Of a stretch of DNA of 64,000 nucleotides, positions 27,053 to 36,527 are shown in pieces; position 1 is the stretch's first letter, and each line of letters begins with the position of its first letter. Source of the stretch: Spirochaetaceae bacterium. GTDB lineage: Bacteria > Spirochaetota > Spirochaetia > Treponematales > Treponemataceae. The stretch lies in contig JAGAOP010000016.1 of NCBI GenBank assembly GCA_017623685.1, positions 2,006 through 66,005 of the forward strand. Reading direction: 5' to 3'. Made by a program: the position numbers and the translations under genes. A model generated the notes under the pieces. It saw nothing but the letters and a program-made list of their open reading frames with translations, was not told the origin of the DNA and ran no database searches.

Positions 27053-29886
27053 GCTGGTCCTACAATTCCCTTTTCTTCCATAATTTCAACTAATCTAGCT
27101 GCTCTGTTATATCCAATTTTCAATCTACGCTGAATATAAGAAGCTGATGCTTTTCCTGCTTGCAAAACAATTTCTAGTGCTTGATCGTATAAAGGATCAT
27201 CGCTGTCTCCAAATAAATTTGGTCCCATATCAATTTCTTCTTCATCTACAAACATTTCGTCGTCGATGTATTCAGGCTCACCGAATTGTTTTACATATTC
27301 AACCACATTTTCTACTTCTGAATCGGAAACAAAGGTTCCCTGAATTCGTACTGGGAAAGGGTCTGTTGCTGAGGCATACAACATATCCCCTCGACCTAAA
27401 AGCTTCTCTGCTCCAACTTGATCTATAATAATGCGACTGTCCATTTTAGAAGCAACCATAAAAGCAATTCTAGAAGGAATATTTGCTTTTATCAAACCGG
27501 TAATTACATCAATAGAAGGTCGCTGAGTTGCTAATACCAAGTGAATTCCTACTGCACGGCTCATGGCAGCCAAACGTGCCACAGTTGATTCCAGTTCCTT
27601 TCCTGTTGTTGCCATTAAATCTGCAAATTCGTCAATTATAATAACAATGTAGGGCAATTTTTCTGCAGCAATATTTCTCTCTTTTATTCTACGGTTATAG
27701 TTAGAAATATCTCGTACACCCATTCCATCAAGCAAGGCATAACGGCGTTCCATTTCGCAAAGACAATATTGCAACGCTTGGAATGCTTTTTTTGATTCTG
27801 TAATTACAGGTACCAAAAGATGCGGAATATCATTGTATAGTTTTAACTCAACAATTTTTGGGTCAATCAAAATCATTTTAACTTCTTGTGGAGACCTTTT
27901 ATACAAAATTGAAAGAATCATTGTATTTACACAAACCGATTTTCCCGAACCCGTGGAACCTGCTATCAATAAATGTGGTGTCTTTGCTAAATCAATAATT
28001 TGACCTTCGCCGGTAATATCTTTTCCTAATACTACAGGAATTGCGTAATTTTGAAATGCAGGATTATTGGTATCAATCAATTCTTTAAAACTAACAATAG
28101 ATCTATCTTTGTTTGGAACTTCAATTCCAACAGCATGTTTCCCAGGAATGGGAGCTACTATACGAACACTAGAAGCAGCTAATCGTAAAGCAATATTATC
28201 TTGCAAAGCTCCAATTTTACTAAGCTTTACTCCAGGAGCAGGAAGAATCTCAAACATTGTAATTACTGGACCTTTTCTAATACCAGTTACTTCAGCTTCG
28301 ATTTTGAATTCACTTAAAGTTTCCTTTAGTTCTAACGCAGCCTTTTCTGTTTCGCTATCAATTACCCAGTATTCGCCATCTGGATAGTTAGTTAATAAAC
28401 CTTCACTAGGAATCTTGTATGCTTGATGGCGTTTTTTTGCAGGAACAGCTGGAGAAACAGTTTCGTTAATCTTTTTTTCTGTATTAAAATTATTTTCTAT
28501 AGGTTCATCCGAGGCTTCTGTTTCAAAGTCCTCTTCTGAATCAATAATATCCTCGTCCATCTTATCTTGACTTTCTAGGTCGTCTTTATCTTCTGTGTCG
28601 AAAAAATCGAAGCTATAATCGATATCTTCATCTTCATCATCTAAAGAAGAATTAAAATCTAGAAATACTTGGGTTTTATCTTCTGAAGTATCTATTTCTT
28701 TGGCGGGAAAGTCTGGCTGAATATATTCGTCTTCTTCAGAATCCTCTTCTTCTTCAACTTCTTCGTCAACTTCTTCTTTAGTATTATTCATTAAAGTAGA
28801 ATAGCCCTCTGGAAAATCTTCTTTTTTTATTTCAAAACTGTCTGTAGAAGAATAATCGCTTTCAAAAGGAATTTCTTCTTGGCTTTCTTGAAGTTCGCAG
28901 GGATTATCCTTTTCGTATAACTCTGTTTCTTGGGTTTCTTCTAAAGTAGATTCCTCTTCTTTCAATTCCTTAAAGTTATTTGCCAAGTTTTCCACGGATT
29001 TAAGTAAAGAGTTTTTATTTGTGTTATTGAAGGCTATTTGTTCTGTAACATCATCTTCTGTTTCATAATCTAGTCTTCCATATTGCTCTTCCTTAAGTCC
29101 TTCGTCAAAGGGATCTGCTAAAAAGGCTGCCTCTGCGGAACTTTGAGGTAATTCTTCAGTTTCATCATAGTTGTCTTGTTCAACGTTAGACCAAAAATCT
29201 TTTTCGGAATTGTTTCTTTGCTCAAGTTCTTCAATGGTCATTTCTTTACTAAAGGGTTGTTTTGTTTCCGCAGTATTTTCTAGCTCTACTTGCGTTTCTG
29301 TATCCTCTTGGCTGGTTATTTTTTCAGCTTCTATATTTTGTTCTATTGTAGCTTTTTCTTCATTATCTAGGGTTAAAACCTCCGAGGAATACCATGAATT
29401 ATCTGATTTTTCATCTTCTTCTGAATACCAAATACTTCTTTTTCTACACCATTTTTCAACTTTATCTCCAAGAATAATTGCAATAGTGTATTCTACTACC
29501 AAAATCATTATTAGTATAACGATTAAGGCTACTAATTTTATTATATACAAAGGACCAGATTCTGTAGCATTTAAAGTATGATATAATTTTTCTGCTTCAA
29601 CAATAGTAAAAAATGGTACCACTGATATACAAAGAATTACACCTTTTTTATTTGACCAAGTTGAAGAAAAACAACAAATTCCTGCTACAAAAAAGAAAAC
29701 TGGTATTAACAACGAAGAAAAATTATATGTATCAAATAAAATTCTTCCTAATGAAGAAAAAATTTGTAAAATACTACCTTCTGTATTTATATTTAATATT
29801 TGTATCATTAAAGCAACTAAAAAAATTGCTGATAAAAAAAGAAGAATTAACCCTATCACACCAGGGATTCTTTCTGAATGTTTCAT
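27010..29886 (-). CDS. ftsK: DNA translocase FtsK
   Basis: N-terminal TMs, long acidic linker, PHLLIAGSTGSGKS, IIIDEFADLM, LATQRP, gamma domain IQRRLKIGYNRAARL. Confidence 0.97.
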   Translation of the reverse strand: MKHSERIPGVIGLILLFLSAIFLVALMIQILNINTEGSILQIFSSLGRILFDTYNFSSLLIPVFFFVAGICCFSSTWSNKKGVILCISVVPFFTIVEAEKLYHTLNATESGPLYIIKLVALIVILIMILVVEYTIAIILGDKVEKWCRKRSIWYSEEDEKSDNSWYSSEVLTLDNEEKATIEQNIEAEKITSQEDTETQVELENTAETKQPFSKEMTIEELEQRNNSEKDFWSNVEQDNYDETEELPQSSAEAAFLADPFDEGLKEEQYGRLDYETEDDVTEQIAFNNTNKNSLLKSVENLANNFKELKEEESTLEETQETELYEKDNPCELQESQEEIPFESDYSSTDSFEIKKEDFPEGYSTLMNNTKEEVDEEVEEEEDSEEDEYIQPDFPAKEIDTSEDKTQVFLDFNSSLDDEDEDIDYSFDFFDTEDKDDLESQDKMDEDIIDSEEDFETEASDEPIENNFNTEKKINETVSPAVPAKKRHQAYKIPSEGLLTNYPDGEYWVIDSETEKAALELKETLSEFKIEAEVTGIRKGPVITMFEILPAPGVKLSKIGALQDNIALRLAASSVRIVAPIPGKHAVGIEVPNKDRSIVSFKELIDTNNPAFQNYAIPVVLGKDITGEGQIIDLAKTPHLLIAGSTGSGKSVCVNTMILSILYKRSPQEVKMILIDPKIVELKLYNDIPHLLVPVITESKKAFQALQYCLCEMERRYALLDGMGVRDISNYNRRIKERNIAAEKLPYIVIIIDEFADLMATTGKELESTVARLAAMSRAVGIHLVLATQRPSIDVITGLIKANIPSRIAFMVASKMDSRIIIDQVGAEKLLGRGDMLYASATDPFPVRIQGTFVSDSEVENVVEYVKQFGEPEYIDDEMFVDEEEIDMGPNLFGDSDDPLYDQALEIVLQAGKASASYIQRRLKIGYNRAARLVEIMEEKGIVGPANGSKPREVIQMGF

Positions 29887-29913
29887 TCCGCAACTCCCAA
29901 ATTTACTTATATA

Positions 29914-29941
29914 TTATCGGCTTTTTTGAAATCGTAGTTTA
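29914..29941 (-). promoter_or_regulatory. Sigma28 (FliA)-like promoter upstream of ftsK
   Basis: TAAA-N16-GCCGATAA; perfect boxes, spacer 1 nt longer than the enteric consensus. Confidence 0.5.
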
Positions 29942-29976
29942 CAAATAATATGTATTTGATTTTATCGAATTTTGGC

Positions 29977-30924
29977 TTATTTCTTTTTTCGATAAGCAGA
30001 TAGAAGTTTCTGACCAATCAAAAATTTGTTCAAAAAATATATTATTCTTGTTCTTAAAGACAAGCTAACTTTAAATGCTCTATCTTTTCTTAATTGAGAA
30101 AAAAAATATTTTCTCTTATTATCTTTTACATCGTCAGTATACCAATTTACAGGATAATATATAACATTTTTTTTGTTTTTTAGCATCCAAACCCCTAAGA
30201 GCCTTTCTGCCATATAACCATAAATACGTTTTTGAACATCTGAATAATTGGAAATATCAATTCTATGTTCAATTTCTTCTAAAATACAAAAAAGCCAACT
30301 ACAATATTCATAAAAAACTTTAATTGGCATAATAAACATATTGTAATGATTCAAACCATTGTTATTTACAATAAAATCATCAAAACTGGATAAATATTCT
30401 GGAAACTTTTCTAAAATAATTAACCGCAAAGTTTTAATATCATCACTTACGTGGCAATATGCGTAATCTGTTTCAAGGGAATAGGGATATTTTCTTTTTT
30501 TTGCTAGAATTACAGAATTTTTGTTTAAAATTTTGTTTATCTTTTTTGTATCAAGTTCATAGGTTGAAATTTCTTTTTCCAAATATGTATATCTATCTAA
30601 AAACCCATTTTTTTTCTTAAAGTTGAAAAATCGCCTATAATGATTTAATCCTATATATTCAATATTTGGATAAATTTTTTGAATATTTTTCCATGCCCAA
30701 TACAAAGCAGTTAGTTCACAATAGTTTTTATTTTTTTTGCTAATATTTTCGCAGTGGGCACCTTGAATTTTATCATCAGATTGGAAACCTAAATTTACAG
30801 AAGAAATTGCAGCCCCCACTTGAATGGGTAAAAAAATATCATCTGGATTATCTGGTAAAATCGATGGTTTATGACAACATACTAAAATTTTAATTTTTGA
30901 ATTATCTAATTTCTTCTTCTGCAT
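29977..30924 (-). CDS. DUF4422 family putative galactofuranosyltransferase
   Basis: ILVCCHK, PIQVG, NISKKNKNYCELTALYWAWKN, GLNHYRR, YNMFIM, RIYGYMAERL; follows glf. Confidence 0.85.
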   Translation of the reverse strand: MQKKKLDNSKIKILVCCHKPSILPDNPDDIFLPIQVGAAISSVNLGFQSDDKIQGAHCENISKKNKNYCELTALYWAWKNIQKIYPNIEYIGLNHYRRFFNFKKKNGFLDRYTYLEKEISTYELDTKKINKILNKNSVILAKKRKYPYSLETDYAYCHVSDDIKTLRLIILEKFPEYLSSFDDFIVNNNGLNHYNMFIMPIKVFYEYCSWLFCILEEIEHRIDISNYSDVQKRIYGYMAERLLGVWMLKNKKNVIYYPVNWYTDDVKDNKRKYFFSQLRKDRAFKVSLSLRTRIIYFLNKFLIGQKLLSAYRKKK

Positions 30925-32014
30925 CTTTCATTGCCTTTGATATTACATCATCCATATCATAATATTTGTATTCACCTAGACGTCCGCCAAATAAAACATT
31001 TTTTTCTTTTTTGGATAATTCTTTATATTTTGCGTAGAGCTGGGAATTTTTTTCATCATTTACAGGGTAAAAAGGTTCCATACCTTCTTTCCATTCTGTA
31101 GGATATTCTTTTGAAATTACTGTTATTTTTTCGTTATAGCAAGGATTTTCCACTTCAAAATGCTTGTGTTCAATTATTCTGGTAAAAGGCTGATCTAAAC
31201 TTGTATAATTAACAACTGCATTTCCCTGAAAATTATCCATAGGCAAAACTTCAGTTTCAAAGGAAATAGATCTATAATCCAATTTACCGAAACAATAATC
31301 ATAATATTCATCTATTTTGCCTGTAAAGATGATTTTTTTTGCCATTTGCTCAAGTTCAGTTTTGTTAGCAAAAAAATCCACCTGGGTTTTACATTCAATT
31401 CCATTTAATAAGCCATGAATTAATTTATTGTAGCCACCTATAGGAATTCCTTGATAGGAATCGTTAAAATAATTGTTGTCATATGTGAACCTGACTGGCA
31501 ATCTTTTAATTATAAAGGCTGGTAAATCCTTGCAACTTCTGCCCCATTGCTTTTCGGTATATTCTTTTATTAAGTAAGTATAAATATCTTTACCAACTAA
31601 ACTGATTGCTTGTTGCTCCAGATTTTCCACTTTAGCTATATTTTCTTCTTGTCGTTGCTTGTTAATAATATCTTGGGCTTCGGAAGGACTTGTAACACCC
31701 CACATTTGATAAAAGGTATTCATATTAAAAGGCAAATTAAATATTTGTCCTTTATAGTTTGCAATGGGACAATTTGTGTAGCGATTAAATTCCACAAAAG
31801 AATTTACAAAATTCCATACTTTTTTGTCATTGGTATGAAAAATATGAGCACCATATTTATGAACATTTATACCTTGAATATTTTGGCAATATACATTACC
31901 ACCCAAAAAAGGTCTCTTGTCTACAACAAGGCACTTTTTCCCTTTTTGGGTTGCAAAGTAAGCAAATGTTGCACCATATAACCCTGCACCAACAATTAAA
32001 TAATCAAAAACCAT
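30902..32014 (-). CDS. glf: UDP-galactopyranose mutase
   Basis: IVGAGLYG, HKYGAHIFHT, YTEKQWG, TRIIEHKHF, GRLGEYKYYDMD. Confidence 0.97.
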   Translation of the reverse strand: MVFDYLIVGAGLYGATFAYFATQKGKKCLVVDKRPFLGGNVYCQNIQGINVHKYGAHIFHTNDKKVWNFVNSFVEFNRYTNCPIANYKGQIFNLPFNMNTFYQMWGVTSPSEAQDIINKQRQEENIAKVENLEQQAISLVGKDIYTYLIKEYTEKQWGRSCKDLPAFIIKRLPVRFTYDNNYFNDSYQGIPIGGYNKLIHGLLNGIECKTQVDFFANKTELEQMAKKIIFTGKIDEYYDYCFGKLDYRSISFETEVLPMDNFQGNAVVNYTSLDQPFTRIIEHKHFEVENPCYNEKITVISKEYPTEWKEGMEPFYPVNDEKNSQLYAKYKELSKKEKNVLFGGRLGEYKYYDMDDVISKAMKDAEEEIR

Positions 32015-32061
32015 TTATTCCTCAGTTTTCAACAATTAAGTCTCTTTTTTTGAATATTGAA

Positions 32062-33981
32062 TTATTGTATTTCGTTATACTGAATTGTTCTTCTCAAAAT
32101 TTCTGTATTTACATAGGTTTTATCATATTTTTCATACAGAGTAGGTTCTCCAGAAAAGAGTGAGCAACCAAAACCCAACTTTCTACCTTCGATTTCGGCT
32201 CCAATGCTTTCCAGTACGGTTGGGAACATATCAAAGGACGAAAAAGTACGGTTTTTCATAACATCTTCTGTAGGCTGAACAGCAGAGTTCATAAAAATAT
32301 TTATCCAACGACGTGATGAATTTCTAGGTGAAGAAGACAAAACACTTTCCCCTAGAGAATTTTCCCATCTACGCTCCTTTGTTTCTGCTTGTTCATCAAA
32401 GGTATCTTTTTGCTCGTTAAAAATATCCTTTTCTTTTGAAGTCATAAATAAATGGTCACCCACAATTACAACAGTTGTATTTTCATACCAAGATTGTTCT
32501 TTAATCCACGAAACAAATTCCCCAAGCTGTTTATCTGCACATTCCACAACTGATAGAATTTGATCGTCTTCGTTTATCTTATCTGTAGGACATAAAGGAC
32601 AAATATAACCGTCTGGCATGTGAGTATCCACTGTTAACATTCCAAACATAAAAGGTTGATCTGAAGAAGATAACTCTGCTAACTCTTTTTTTGCGTATTC
32701 GTAAAGTTTTTGATCTTCAAATCCCCAGAAAACATCATAATCTTCTGACAACATTTTATTTTTTTTATACCAGTCTATATCGTGAATTTCTACATTTCCA
32801 TGGGTTTCAAGTAAAGTATCACGGCTAGCAAAACCCTTTTCTGAACCAAAGATAAACCTTTGATTATAACCTGCTTCAGCCAAAATATCTGTAAGAGTAA
32901 TTGCTCCTGGCAAAAAATGAATCATATTGTCAGGATTAAATCCGACAGTTGGCAAGTTATAGGGTAAACCTCCCATTTTTGAAAGCAAAGCAGCAATAGT
33001 CCATCCAGTACCAGCTGCATCTATTCCTCCACCAACACCATTTATATGGCTAAAGTTTATATTTTCTTGTGCTAATGCTGTTAGGTTAGGAATATAGTTC
33101 TTTGAAAAATACCCTCCATTTTCTACAGCTTGGTAAGAACTTTCCATGGACTCTAGGAAAATATAAACTAAATTTCGCTTTTTTTCTGGAAAAGTGATTT
33201 GAACTGTATCTGGAACAATATAATTTTCTTTGTAAAATAGAGAATCTATAGGATCACGTCTTTCTCTTGTAATAAAATTTATGTAACGAGTTATTTTTAT
33301 TTCAATTGCAACATGAACCATTACATAAGCGAAAAATAAAAAAGTTAAAACGCAAAAAAACTTTGAAAACTGAATATCCTTTTTTATAGAAAAGAATTTA
33401 TAATGGAACAACAATTCTTTTTTATCTTTGTAAAAAAAAAATTTCAAAGCTAAAATACAAACGACCTGAAGAACTATTGCAGGTATTATCACAAATAATA
33501 CTAATGCAATTATTCCAGAAGGATCTGCACCCTTCAAAGGACTTGTTATTGTAATCCATATAATTTCAGGTTCTTGCATAGGAAATCTAGAACAAGCCCA
33601 AGGCAAAGCTTGCATAAAGAAACATCCCAGTAAAAAATAAATGCAACCTAAAATACTTCTTCTTCTGGTTTTTTTTGTAATATCTATTTTGCTATAACTA
33701 TCAACACAACCTAAAGTACAAACAACTATCAAAGAACTGAATAATAGCAAACAAGCATATTGAATCCAAAATTTAAAGGTTACTTCCACAAAATGACCCA
33801 AAAAGTGAGAAACACCTCTTTCTGGCTGAATACAAAAGATTAGCAAAGAAAGACCATTTGCAAAAAAGAAAAATAAAATATAATGTAAAAAAGATGTTTT
33901 ATTCTGATTAATTTTTCTAACAAAATATAAACATATTGTTGGAATACAAACGCAAATTAATACAATAGCTAAATATTTCAT
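32062..33981 (-). CDS. LTA-synthase/phosphoglycerol transferase (OpgB-like) membrane sulfatase-fold protein
   Basis: N-terminal TMs; NLVYIFLESME, GTGWTIAA (Thr nucleophile), TVDTHMP, VGDHL. Confidence 0.88.
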   Translation of the reverse strand: MKYLAIVLICVCIPTICLYFVRKINQNKTSFLHYILFFFFANGLSLLIFCIQPERGVSHFLGHFVEVTFKFWIQYACLLLFSSLIVVCTLGCVDSYSKIDITKKTRRRSILGCIYFLLGCFFMQALPWACSRFPMQEPEIIWITITSPLKGADPSGIIALVLFVIIPAIVLQVVCILALKFFFYKDKKELLFHYKFFSIKKDIQFSKFFCVLTFLFFAYVMVHVAIEIKITRYINFITRERRDPIDSLFYKENYIVPDTVQITFPEKKRNLVYIFLESMESSYQAVENGGYFSKNYIPNLTALAQENINFSHINGVGGGIDAAGTGWTIAALLSKMGGLPYNLPTVGFNPDNMIHFLPGAITLTDILAEAGYNQRFIFGSEKGFASRDTLLETHGNVEIHDIDWYKKNKMLSEDYDVFWGFEDQKLYEYAKKELAELSSSDQPFMFGMLTVDTHMPDGYICPLCPTDKINEDDQILSVVECADKQLGEFVSWIKEQSWYENTTVVIVGDHLFMTSKEKDIFNEQKDTFDEQAETKERRWENSLGESVLSSSPRNSSRRWINIFMNSAVQPTEDVMKNRTFSSFDMFPTVLESIGAEIEGRKLGFGCSLFSGEPTLYEKYDKTYVNTEILRRTIQYNEIQ

Positions 33982-33987
33982 TTTTAA

Positions 33988-34016
33988 AATATATCATAGT
34001 GGATATTTTTAGTCTA
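33988..34016 (-). promoter_or_regulatory. Sigma70 promoter, leaderless architecture (glycan operon)
   Basis: TAGACT-N17-TATATT-N6-ATG with extended -10 TG. Confidence 0.65.
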
Positions 34017-34043
34017 TAATCTAGAAAAAAATCCCTACTTCAA

Positions 34044-34712
34044 TTATTCCACACCAATAAAAGCTGTTACAGATTTTTCTGGTGCCATAATAAAAGAATC
34101 TGTAAGAGTTAGACCAATTTTTTGTGTACAAGAAAGTAAAGAAAAAAACACAGACTGAACAGACAAAGGAACATCCCCAAAGCCAGGACTAAACCTAGGA
34201 TGTATTTTGCCATCGTTAAATTCTTTTGCAATAACAGAATTTACTTCGGATACAAAAACTTCTGCAAACATAGAACCTGTTGCTTGAAAAACGGCGGCTT
34301 TTGCTGAATCAAGTTTAGATAAACCTTTTATTAAAGCGTCAACCTGAGGACCTATGGTAGCAGCAAATAATACAACCTTGCTACACCCCTTTAGGTTTAA
34401 GTATAGATGGTGACTTAAAATACTATAACCCGCAAAATTTATATAAGCAACATTTTCATTTTCATCTGAACAAGATTCTGTATTTTGTGGCTTTATTTCC
34501 AAAGGAAAAGTTGCATATACGGCTCTAGGTTTAAGCAAAGGTTGCATTTGCAAAATAGAATCTAGCACAAGATTTTCTGTTTCTTTTGGAATACAAGTTT
34601 CTTTCTCTTCTTTTCCACAGGAACTTATTCCTAAATACCTATACACTTCTTTTATGTTAGGCTTTAATGAATTAGATTGGCAATGATATTGAAAAACTAC
34701 GCCTTCTTTCAC
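34044..34712 (-). CDS. Stand-alone B12-dependent methionine synthase activation domain protein
   Basis: EVYRYLG, LFAATIG, PRFSPGFGDVPL, MAPEKSVTAFIG; directly downstream of metF. Confidence 0.88.
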   Translation of the reverse strand: MKEGVVFQYHCQSNSLKPNIKEVYRYLGISSCGKEEKETCIPKETENLVLDSILQMQPLLKPRAVYATFPLEIKPQNTESCSDENENVAYINFAGYSILSHHLYLNLKGCSKVVLFAATIGPQVDALIKGLSKLDSAKAAVFQATGSMFAEVFVSEVNSVIAKEFNDGKIHPRFSPGFGDVPLSVQSVFFSLLSCTQKIGLTLTDSFIMAPEKSVTAFIGVE

Positions 34713-34718
34713 AAAAAG

Positions 34719-35588
34719 TTATGCCTTCTCAATAATATCCCACAAATTCTTTTGAATTTGTCTGGCAACTTCAGGTTTATTCATTGAATACACATGAACT
34801 GCTGTAATTCCGTTGGCAAATAAATCTATTATTTGATCTGTGGCATAAGCTATTCCTGCCTGAGTCATTGCCCTTGGATTATCCCCAAAACGGTCAACAA
34901 TGGCCTTGAACCTTGCAGGAAGATATGTTCCAGAAAGTTTACATATTCTAGCTATCTGTTTCCCATTGGTTACTGGCATAATTCCTGGAATGATAGGAAC
35001 TGTAATTCCTTTTTCTCGAATCTTATACAAAAAATTATACAGAATATTGTTATCAAAAAACATTTGAGTAGTAAGAAATTCACAACCTGCATCAACCTTT
35101 TTTTTCAAATTAATAATATCTTCTGTAGAGTTTGCAGATTCAGGATGACCTTCTGGATAACATGCTCCACCAACACAGAAATCACCGGTAGCTTTTATCT
35201 CTGCAACAAGTTGATTTGCATGTTGGAATTCTGCACAGGAATTATTCATTCCCTCTGGAATATCACCACGTAAAGCAAGAATATTTTCGATACCAGCAGT
35301 TTTTATCTTTTTAAGTTGCTCTTGAACAGCTTGCTTTGTGGATGAAACACAGGTTATGTGAGCTAATGCAGGAACTTTATAATTTTTCTGAATTCCTGAA
35401 GCAATAGAAACTGTATATTCGCTAGTTCCGCCACCAGCTCCGTATGTAACACTCATAAAATCAGGTTCAAGAGAAGCAATTTCCTTTACAGCTTGCTCAA
35501 CGGAATTATACAGAGAATCTGTCTTTGGGGGAAACACTTCAAAAGAAAGACAAAGTTTTCCAGATTTTATTACTTCGCTAATTTTCAT
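34719..35588 (-). CDS. metF: 5,10-methylenetetrahydrofolate reductase
   Basis: SFEVFPPK, SVTYGAGG, NILALRGD, ACYPEGHPE, TQMFFD, HVYSMNK. Confidence 0.96.
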   Translation of the reverse strand: MKISEVIKSGKLCLSFEVFPPKTDSLYNSVEQAVKEIASLEPDFMSVTYGAGGGTSEYTVSIASGIQKNYKVPALAHITCVSSTKQAVQEQLKKIKTAGIENILALRGDIPEGMNNSCAEFQHANQLVAEIKATGDFCVGGACYPEGHPESANSTEDIINLKKKVDAGCEFLTTQMFFDNNILYNFLYKIREKGITVPIIPGIMPVTNGKQIARICKLSGTYLPARFKAIVDRFGDNPRAMTQAGIAYATDQIIDLFANGITAVHVYSMNKPEVARQIQKNLWDIIEKA

Positions 35589-35594
35589 AGTTAA

Positions 35595-35638
35595 AGAATA
35601 TCCTTTTTAATGACTTAATGCAATTATTATGTTAAACT
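35595..35638. promoter_or_regulatory. Overlapping divergent sigma70 promoters, both leaderless (metF and btuF-like)
   Basis: Minus strand TTGCAT-N17-TATTCT-N6-ATG; plus strand ATGACT-N17-TAAACT-N6-ATG with extended -10 TG. Confidence 0.7.
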
Positions 35639-35644
35639 GTTTTT

Positions 35645-36526
35645 ATGAAAAGATGCATTTTTGGGTTACTTTTTTCCTTTTGTTTTTTATGTTCAGTTTT
35701 TACCTTAGGAAATCGAGAAAATCAAATAACACTAAACTCAGGAAATAATCAGGTTAAGCAAAGAATTGTTTCTCTTGTTCCATCGGTAACAGAAACTCTT
35801 TTTGCTTTAAACGCAGAAAAAAATATAGTAGCAAGAACAGATTATTGTAATTGGCCAGAAGAAACTTCTTCTATTCCTTCGGTTGGTGGTTTTGATGGCA
35901 AATCTCTTAGTTTAGAAAAAATAATTTCTTTTCAGCCTGATTTAGTTTGTGTTGCAACTGTAATGCATGACCACTTAGTCGGACCTTTACAACAATATGG
36001 AATTGAAGTCTTTGTTTCTTCCGCTGATTCAATTTCTTCCGTAAAAGAAGAAATAATTCAACTAGCAAAACTTACGAACAAAGAACAAGAAGGCAAAGAT
36101 TTAATAAAAAAAATAGACCTTCAGATTCAAGAAGCATCAAAAATTGCCACAAAAAAAACAGTTCCAACTGTTTACTGGGAAATATCTTCTGCTCCATATT
36201 ATACTTGTGGTCAAGATTCCTTCATAACCGAAGCTATTGAAAAAGCAGGAGGGAAAAATATTTTTGATTCCATTCCCTTTGCCTATTCCCAAGTAAGCGA
36301 AGAATCAATTATTGCTTATGAGCCAGAAATAATTTTATTCCCAGATTATACAAATACCGGAGATACAAGTTTTTTCTTTCAACGAACTAATTGGCAACAA
36401 ATTCCAGCCCTAAAAGAAAATAAAATATTTCCGGTAGATGCAAATTTATTTTCTAGACCAGGTCCACGAATCGGTCAAATGATTTTGGAATTAGCTCAAC
36501 TAATACATCAAAATTCAGCAGAATAA
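35645..36526 (+). CDS. Cobalamin/Fe-siderophore ABC substrate-binding protein (BtuF-like)
   Basis: RIVSLVPSVTETLFAL, DYCNWP, SLEKII, SRPGPR; adjacent to B12-dependent methionine genes. Confidence 0.85.
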   Translation: MKRCIFGLLFSFCFLCSVFTLGNRENQITLNSGNNQVKQRIVSLVPSVTETLFALNAEKNIVARTDYCNWPEETSSIPSVGGFDGKSLSLEKIISFQPDLVCVATVMHDHLVGPLQQYGIEVFVSSADSISSVKEEIIQLAKLTNKEQEGKDLIKKIDLQIQEASKIATKKTVPTVYWEISSAPYYTCGQDSFITEAIEKAGGKNIFDSIPFAYSQVSEESIIAYEPEIILFPDYTNTGDTSFFFQRTNWQQIPALKENKIFPVDANLFSRPGPRIGQMILELAQLIHQNSAE

Positions 36527-36527
36527 A

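Noticed and set aside
33432-33441. A10 tract in the LTA-synthase-like gene as a phase-variation switch (also C7 in nusB at 10172-10178)
   Set aside because: Both frames are intact, A/T runs of 8-10 are common in this window, and nusB is an unlikely phase-variable gene. Read-level data would be needed.
35589-35644. Cobalamin or SAM riboswitch for the btu-like and met genes
   Set aside because: Only 56 AT-rich bp, filled by promoters, with no B12-box or S-box sequence.
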